Shown: piece after piece, positions 52,109 to 64,000 of the stretch
Layout: the number at the start of each line of letters is the position of its first letter
How positions within the stretch are numbered: position 1 is the stretch's first letter
From: Paraspadella gotoi
Lineage: Eukaryota > Animalia > Chaetognatha
DNA: 64,000 nucleotides
Direction: 5' to 3'
NCBI GenBank assembly: GCA_051294375.1
Contig: CM119267.1
Coordinates: forward strand, 21,459,755 to 21,523,754
Position numbers and translations under genes: made by a program
The notes under the pieces: model-generated
Told to the model about the DNA's origin: nothing
What the model saw: only the letters and a program-made list of their open reading frames with translations
Database searches by the model: none

Positions 52109-55100
52109 TTGGCGAACGCGTTGACAGTGACTTTCAAATCAATACGGATTTCTACAATATTTTTCAGCATGATTACTTATTACTTATATACTTATCGCTC
52201 AAATAATGCTTTTTCTTTACTACGATCTAATCATTGTTTTCTTCGCGCCAGAAGTTTGACAGAATTCCCCCCCTCGTTTACAATTTACAAGTGACCATTG
52301 CGACCTTAAATCTCTATTCCTGACCCTTACCTTCTTCGCTCACCTTGACCGGACAATCTTCTCGAATCCAGTTTATTCTCAATCACGCGCCCGTTTGCCG
52401 AAGACTTGGAGATTTCGACGACGCGGCGCCGCTTTGGATGAAACCCACCTGGGAATATTTGGGAAAGGGTAAACTAGTTCATATGCTTGATAGAAATTTT
52501 CCCGATGAAACATATAACTCTAAATCAAAATAATTATCTTCCTCTGAATACTAATAACGTTAATTTCATTAAATAGTTCCATCCAATATTATGAGATTAA
52601 TTTTTCCTACATTCCTTGGTAAGTCCGCTTACTTCATCCTCACGGATCGACTTTACCCTTGATGATGGATGTGCATTGAAGCCTGACCTTCGGCGCCTTT
52701 CCGGCCGCCAGCGCCGTAGCTACGCCGATTGAAGCGAATCGTGTGTGCGTTTCGATGAGCTTCGTCGGTCGAGGTTGAGGAGTCCGAGGGTAGGCTTTGG
52801 AGGTGCCGACGCGTGGTGGAGGTGGCTTCCGGGACCTGAGAGGTGCGGGAAGCGCGCGGTGGTAAGCGATAGGTAAGCTCTTAGATGGAATGTAGGGTAA
52901 TTTTAAAAATCTCCCAGCCTAATGATGTCTGTCTTAAAATATTGTATTAACAAATAAAATTGAACCACCTCGAATACATGTAATCCTTCAAGCTTAACTG
53001 ACTATGGGCATTAATATGTTGAACTTTTGAATTAACTTGCATCATAGGAAACGTTAATATGCAATTATGCATGAAAAAGTACTAGAACTATAATAGTGAA
53101 TAGCATTCAAAGTTCTGGCGTAAGATGGATAATCCACACTTTACGAAGTAAGTGAAAACAATTGAAACAAGTGCACTGCCAATTAAATAATCACAATATT
53201 GAAAAATTATTGCATCAATTTCGAACTTATCCAGGTTAATTTTACTTGCTAATTATCACTGCAAATTTTTCACTTGTATTTACTGCAATTTTCATTGGAA
53301 TTTTCAACTCAAATTAAAAAAAAAAGATCAATAACGTACTCCAGAAAGCTCATCTCCAACCTCTCGATGCCATTCCATATCTTCCAATGTCAATTGATCA
53401 AGCATCAAATGAGCAATAAATGATCTATATAATGATTAAAAAATATTTGAATACCATCATGCCAATACATATCAATAATAATCAATCAATTCACATCAAT
53501 TGAAATCAACACCAATGTCTCACCAATCATTGTACTTCGACGAGCATTGTCCCGAAAGACGACCGGCTTCCCGGCGGAACTCCAAAGCGACGCCCGTCCG
53601 CTCCGACGGAAGGTGTTGTTCAAGAAGTAAGTTTGCCTTTCCCCGCCGCCGGGGATTTGGTCCTGCGAGGGTCGCCCGCTGGTCGCCTCACACGCGGGTG
53701 GGTTCTGTGCTGCCGACGAGGCGAGTTCGTCGGGGGGGGTATTAGGGAAAATAAAGGGGATAGCTTGTCAATTCCAGGATACGAAATTACTGCGAATTTC
53801 ATATAAAACTTTAACGTTAAAACGAATTGGTACAGAACTCTCATTCAATATTCGATTCTGCGTCGTTGCCAGGTCCTCACTGTAATTTAACGAAGAAAGT
53901 ACGTTTAATATTTAAATGAATTTAAACTTTAAAAGAAAATCGAGAAAAACTTGGCTCGTACATTTCGTTTTTTTGCGGGAAGAGCGACAATCACGTCCAT
54001 GACGACTCGAAAATTCCTCATCACGTTTATCGCCGCCGGCTCGTGACGACCTCGTTCATTTTTATATTCGTTTGGCGCCCACCGATAGAGGGCGAGCAAA
54101 GCCGAATACAGTTATCTCGAAGATGGACGGAAGAAAAAAGCAGGTAATATACACCGTAAGTTGGTTTGGCAATTGCGATTGTGAATTGACTCGCACTTTT
54201 TGCATAAGCAAAAAGTCCGTTAGTGTTGAGCAGATTTTATTTAAAAGATATTTAACACTTCGCCAAATTACAGGACTAGTGACATTAGACGAGGTTATGC
54301 TTAAGAAATCTCTTGCTCTTTTTTTTCACGTTCTTTGTTAATTTTTTTTTCAGAGTATTACAATATTAATTTATTTACAATTTTCATTCAGTCACAAAAT
54401 AGTCCGACGCGAAAGTCTTTCAACGAAGAGGGATTCTGCGACCCCCACCGCTTACCAATACGCGAAGCGCGATGCCACAGGTTTTCATCAGACGCCATTT
54501 GACTATTTGAATTTTTATCATTTATTAATTTAACACAAATTATTCCTTTGCTGCTTTAAATCTTCGAAGAACAACACGTCACTCGTTACCATTATTGACG
54601 ACGAACGAGTTGCATGCAAGCGCCGACAAGAAGTTCAAGTTGCCGTTGGAGCAGTGTGAAGCCCGAAGCGCGCTCGCTCGAGTGTTGTCTCCTAATCAGT
54701 GCTCTCGTCAGGAAACCGTATCACCTGCATCTTTTTCTCAGAAATCTTGATGTTCGAGGAGCTCGTCATTAAGTCTTTCTCGAACAAGCGCCAGTTTTCG
54801 CTCACCAGGAGTATTTACCGACGCTATTTGCGACTCATGCTGACTCTCTCTCATCCTCTCTCTCTCTCTCTCTCTCTTTACTCTTCTCTCTCTCTCTTCT
54901 CTCTACTTCTCTCTCTCTTCTTGCTCTCTTTCTTTTCTCTCATTTGTTATAAGTTTTTAGCTTTTCCGAGTTAACTTAATTTTTTCTTGGAACCAAAAGT
55001 GATTTGTTTGGATTTTCTTTCCTTAAATAAATACCCGGTAATACCCGATTGAAAAAGAAACGGGGGGATCTTCGTCTGGGCTTTCGTCGACGAAAAGTGT

Positions 55101-55160
55101 TGAGCATTTTCGGCTCCGACGTGAGTCGCCCGTTGGGTCGGAGCCGAGACATCCTCTCTG

Positions 55161-55233
<73 letters not shown>

Positions 55234-55454
55234 AAATGCCGATCCCATCGATAATATTTCCTTCTTCTCTCTCTTAATTTCTCTGTATTTCTTTATTTTT
55301 CAACTTTCTTCTTTAGTTATCTTTCACACTTTCCATTAAACCCTACTTTCTCATTCATTAATTTTCTCAGATGATATTTAAATCCGTAATTCTGTTCGTC
55401 CCTGACCGATTTTAAAAGAGTATATTCATTGAGAGTTTTCGTCTCACGAGATTA

Positions 55455-55492
<38 letters not shown>

Positions 55493-55920
55493 TCTCTCTC
55501 CTCTCTCTCCTCTCTCTCTCTCATACTCTTCGCATCGTTCGTCCTGCCTTCTGGAGTCTTTTCTACGCTTCAATTCCCCCCTTCTGGCCTTCCCCCCCTT
55601 TTTTTACCGGGATACCTCTTCCAGATATTCTCCTTCTCCATAGGATAAGACGACTTTCGATCTTCCCACCGGATGAAGACTCTTCCCCTTACTTTTTGGC
55701 CAACCCTGCTCTTCGATTGAAGCGCTGAATCCTCTCTCCTCTCTCTCTCTTTCTCTCTTCCTCTCTCTCTTCTCTCTGCTCGTCTCCTCTTTTCGTCTCC
55801 TGGACCTCTGAATTTTCTTTTTTTTCCGCATTCATAAGCTGTTTCCAGTTTTTACGAATTCCATTTTCGGACTAAGATTTATGAACGACGTCGTTGCCAG
55901 ATTTTCCGATCTTTTTTTGA

Positions 55921-56395
55921 GGCTCTCTTTTCCAAGAGAGTTTCATTTTTGTTTGTTTAACATCATTATTTAACTTAAATATATGTAAAACCTAAAAACT
56001 AATCCTTAATCTTAATCCCTAATCCTTATCACTAGCTAATTCCTTAACCTTAATTGTCAGGAAGAAACTTATTTAATTAATCTAACTAATTTAACTAATC
56101 TAATACCTAATCTAATCTTACTAATCTAACTAATTTACCTAATCTAATCCTTAACCTATTCTAATCTTACTAATCTAATTAATCTAACTAATTTAACTAA
56201 TCTAATCCTTAACCTATTCTAATCTTACTAATCCAACTAATCTAATTAATCTTATCCCTAACCTATTCCCTCTGACCTAATTTTTTAATAAAAAAAATTA
56301 ACCTTATTCTGAATTTGGGTTTTTTTTGTTTTTTTTCAGAAAAAAAAATATTCTGAATTTTAGATAAAGTGTGGCGTTCTGGGAAAATAAGGCCC
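55921..56395. mobile_element. Telomere-like-repeat element, same family as 3951-4214
   Basis: Same terminal motifs around a longer (CTAAT/CCTAA)n interior. Confidence 0.7.
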
Positions 56396-56669
56396 TCTTC
56401 TGGTATTTTGACGGATAAAACAAACTCACTCTATCTTTCTCTCACTTTCCCATTATCTCTCTCTATTTCACTCTTTCGCTGTCTATTTTTTTCACTTTTT
56501 CTCCTCTTGTACGTCTATTTACTCCGCAAGACGGCGCTGCAACGTGAGACCACCCAGTAAGGAATAAAAAAAGGAACAACGTCAAAAACAAAACGCAATT
56601 TGAAAAAAAAAAAAAAGAATAATCCTCTGGCTAACTGGGGAAAACTTAGGGAAGAGCAGTTAAGCAGAG

Positions 56670-56744
<75 letters not shown>

Positions 56745-57123
56745 GGATCGTTAAAAGTCTGGGATTTTTGCCAAGAGAAACGGCGGACATTCAAAACGAG
56801 AGTTATGTGGGGGGAGATGGGAAGTTTGGACTGTGGGTACTTGTGGATTCTTGTGGAGAAATCGAGAGGAGGCGTGGCCAGAAGTTTGGAGAGATTCTCC
56901 TTCAAGTGGAAGACTCTTAGGAAGAGGCGAGAGGTCGAGAGTATAAAGACAGAGAGAGAAAGAAGAAAGAGAATGATTCTAATACAAAGATGCAAAAAAA
57001 AACAAACAAAAAACAACGGATTCCTCGATAGAAAGAAAAACCCTGTACCCTCGATCTCTCACTCAAGTCATCCGTGTTAGTCTCGCCTCTCGTTCATTCT
57101 CAAACCCCACCCTCTCTCACTCT

Positions 57124-57189
<66 letters not shown>

Positions 57190-57350
57190 CTCCGAAAAGC
57201 TCAGTTCTTGCTCGACATCTGGTGCGAAACGAAAACTTTGCCTTTTTCTATTTTTATCTTTTTTTTCCTTCGTAAATTCAATTCTTTCTCGTGAATTCCG
57301 ATTTTCGAACCGCAAATTCGCCCGATGGTGTTAATTAATAATGAAAATAT

Positions 57351-57385
<35 letters not shown>

Positions 57386-58467
57386 CACGATGGTCTTTTC
57401 CAATTCTGACTTACCCAAAGTAAACAAGTTTTTTTTTCTCCAAGTCGTTTTCAAACATTTTTGGATCCGCAGCGGTAATAAAATACTACAAAATAACATA
57501 TTATTTGGTAAGTTTCTAGACGGAAATTTTTTTAATTTCTAAAATTATTATTTTGAATAGATTATTATATTTTCGTTTGGTATATATTTGAAGTGACCGA
57601 AGGCGAGAGGAGAGGGGGTCGCCATGCCCAGCGGACGGTAAGGATAGCCGCCACGCTGCCCAGTTGGTCTAGGAGATATTTTAGTCGGTAGCTTTGTAAC
57701 GTCTACGGTGCTAGAACTCCCGTCGTAAAATTTTATCCTAATGCACTGTGACGGTTCAGAGGGACGACTCAGCCTTATATAACTAACGCGTAGTTATCTA
57801 CTATATGAAATTGGTACAATCAATATAGAATTTTCCACTCATTTAATAAATAAGCTATCTTGCCCCTGACTTTGGACAGGCGATATTGTTTTGAGGCTTC
57901 CATCACTCTCACAAGATAATGACATAGCAGGTCCCTGCAAGCCTTCAATCAAGACTATCTCAGTCTCGTTTATTCACTCCCATATTACCTATATAATTAT
58001 AAAACATATGCTCTTCAATTCTTTTCATTTACTTTTAAGAATACTTTCGGCAGAATTCAATTTTATAAATTATAATTTTCTTGGCGAAAATTTTTTGTTA
58101 ATTTTCTTTTCGGCAATCGCGTGCGAGAAAGGAGACGTGACCAGATGGATCGAGATAAATTAAATGGAACTAAAAATAAATTTAAAACCTGATTTGAGAT
58201 TATAAACAAGACTTGATGCAGCGAGGCATTGCTGTATTGATAAGTAAAGTGAGGTCATAATTTTTTTTAGCAATAATTCAATCGAACGTTGGTGATATTA
58301 ATTAGTTACCAAAATAATATTTTGAGTTCTATTCCATTCATCGGATTTTTACCTGTATATTTTCTCTCTCTTTTTTTTTTGCAATCGAAGTGAAAACGCA
58401 CCTGCTCGTTTCTCTATTTCTCTTTCTCTCTCTCTCTTGTCTTCTCTCTCTCTCTCTCTCTCTCTTT

Positions 58468-58498
<31 letters not shown>

Positions 58499-59407
58499 TT
58501 ATTTTTTTCTTTGTTCCGTCAAATTCTCAATGAAGACAAGAAAAAAAAAGGATCTTCAAATCAATAATATCCTGGGAGCTTTTCGAGTTCCAGCCACTCA
58601 ACCACCTGGAGGAAGATAAAAAAAGCATAAGAACAGAAGGCGAAAGAGAAAAATTTAAAAAAAAGAGAGAGAAAGAGAGAAGGAAAGAACAAGGAACCGT
58701 AACTCCAAAGTGTTGCGGCAACATTGGATTGATCCTTTGTTTTTTACAAGCCTCACTTTTAAACTTATAATTTTAGTCGTTTTAAACAAGTATGAAAATA
58801 TTAATTCATAATTCATTTCTAGGTGATCATACCAAATATTAACTTAATTGATAAAGCATTAACCAAGTTATAAGTATTTTTTAAATAATTTGGACCAACG
58901 GACGGACAAAAATACTGACCAACCGACCTCCCGACAGATCGACCGAAAAGTGACTTATAGAGTTGATCCGCGAGGACTCGCGGCGTAACGACAAAGAGTT
59001 TTTTCGCGAGTATTCACGGCGCAGGTACCCTCGCCAAGTACTTTTAATTAATATCTATTTTGATTAATAGTTCGCCGATCGCGACCCAAAAAGTCAAAAC
59101 AAAAAAGAGACACAGCTTTAAACACAAAACGAGAGTTCAAAAGCGACCGCGTTATCTCGGAAGGTGCGAGACCTTCCAGCCATTGCGTGCGAATACGCAT
59201 ATGCTCCTTTTTTGCACGCATTCAAATGTGCGTGCAGATTTTAATCTCGGATCAAAAAATTATTTCCTTTTTCCTTCGACGAAGAGAAATTTTTGAAAAC
59301 TGGTTTTTTTTATAATCGACCTTCGGGCAGAATGGAAGACGTCATGCTTAATTATGGCTTATTTCGCGGCATCGGCTGGAAATTTGGGAAAAAAAAGGTT
59401 TTTTTCA

Positions 59408-59497
<90 letters not shown>

Positions 59498-59927
59498 CTG
59501 TTTCGATCACTCAAGATCGATCATTGTCTCTCTCTCTCGAAAAAAGAAAAAAGAACCGAAATATTCATAAACTGAAAATCGCCTCAAACTTCGGGATCGA
59601 CCTGTTATTAAATGACAAGAGAATCGACGCAAAAAACTCGATCAAAAATATCATAATACATAAAACAAAAAAATAGAAAACCATTTCGGTAATTCATACT
59701 ACAAAATTATCCAATTTATCAACCTATAACCGGAAAATTGTTAAAAATAAAATCGAGAAAAAACAATGAATTTTATTAAAAAACAAACATTAAATATCAC
59801 TTGAAAAAAAAATGATCTGAAAAATAATTTCCCAAATAAGGGATTTTAAAAAACTTGAGCTACTAACTTTCAATTAAGTTTAATTTTATCTCCCAAAAAT
59901 CAATAAGCGACTAATAACTTGGTCCCG

Positions 59928-63915
<3,988 letters not shown>

Positions 63916-64000
63916 GTGAGGGAATAAAGGGAGAGATGTTGAGACTTACTTAGCATTGGTGAGTTTGGAACTTTCTCGCTTTCTATTTTTGGAGAGACAA

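Larger units (their letters stand above)
50830..55060 (-). other. Noisy inverted copy of ~32940-36760 (beta-helix exons, tRNA-Ser cluster, nested gene)
   Basis: Continuous reverse-complement colinearity with many single-base indels; covers sequence that is N in the primary copy. Confidence 0.9.

Noticed and set aside
50830-55060. Real inverted duplication producing antisense or hairpin RNA
   Set aside because: The indel-dominated error profile and the nearby 25-N gap indicate an assembly artefact

Overview
AT-rich animal genomic DNA (spliceosomal introns, long (AG)n microsatellites, TTAGGG-like repeats) from a draft assembly with N gaps. Three multi-exon + strand genes are supported. (1) An XK-related membrane protein (6467-11062). 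(2) A right-handed beta-helix (pectin-lyase-like fold) protein of bacterial type (about 13934-38206); its introns host 1 tRNA-Leu(CAG), 5 tRNA-Ser (3 AGA, 2 CGA), 2 tRNA-Ser pseudogenes and a probable nested antisense PH-like gene. (3) The bHLH factor Net/Atoh8 (from 59928, running off the window end). A decayed minus-strand retroelement gag interrupted by two Cys/His zinc-finger repeats lies at 11806-13172. Non-autonomous DNA transposons include two hAT MITE families with 8-bp TSDs, a Tc1/mariner-type MITE and a family carrying telomere-like repeats. Much of the window is redundant: 6072-16605 is repeated in tandem at 16606-28341, and 40370-55060 is a mosaic of noisy direct and inverted copies of neighbouring sequence. 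Homopolymer indels, two exact 25-N gaps and a breakpoint inside an exon point to long-read gap-filling artefacts. The second tandem copy nevertheless carries two private hAT insertions, so it probably comes from another haplotype. All calls were made by eye with no database search.
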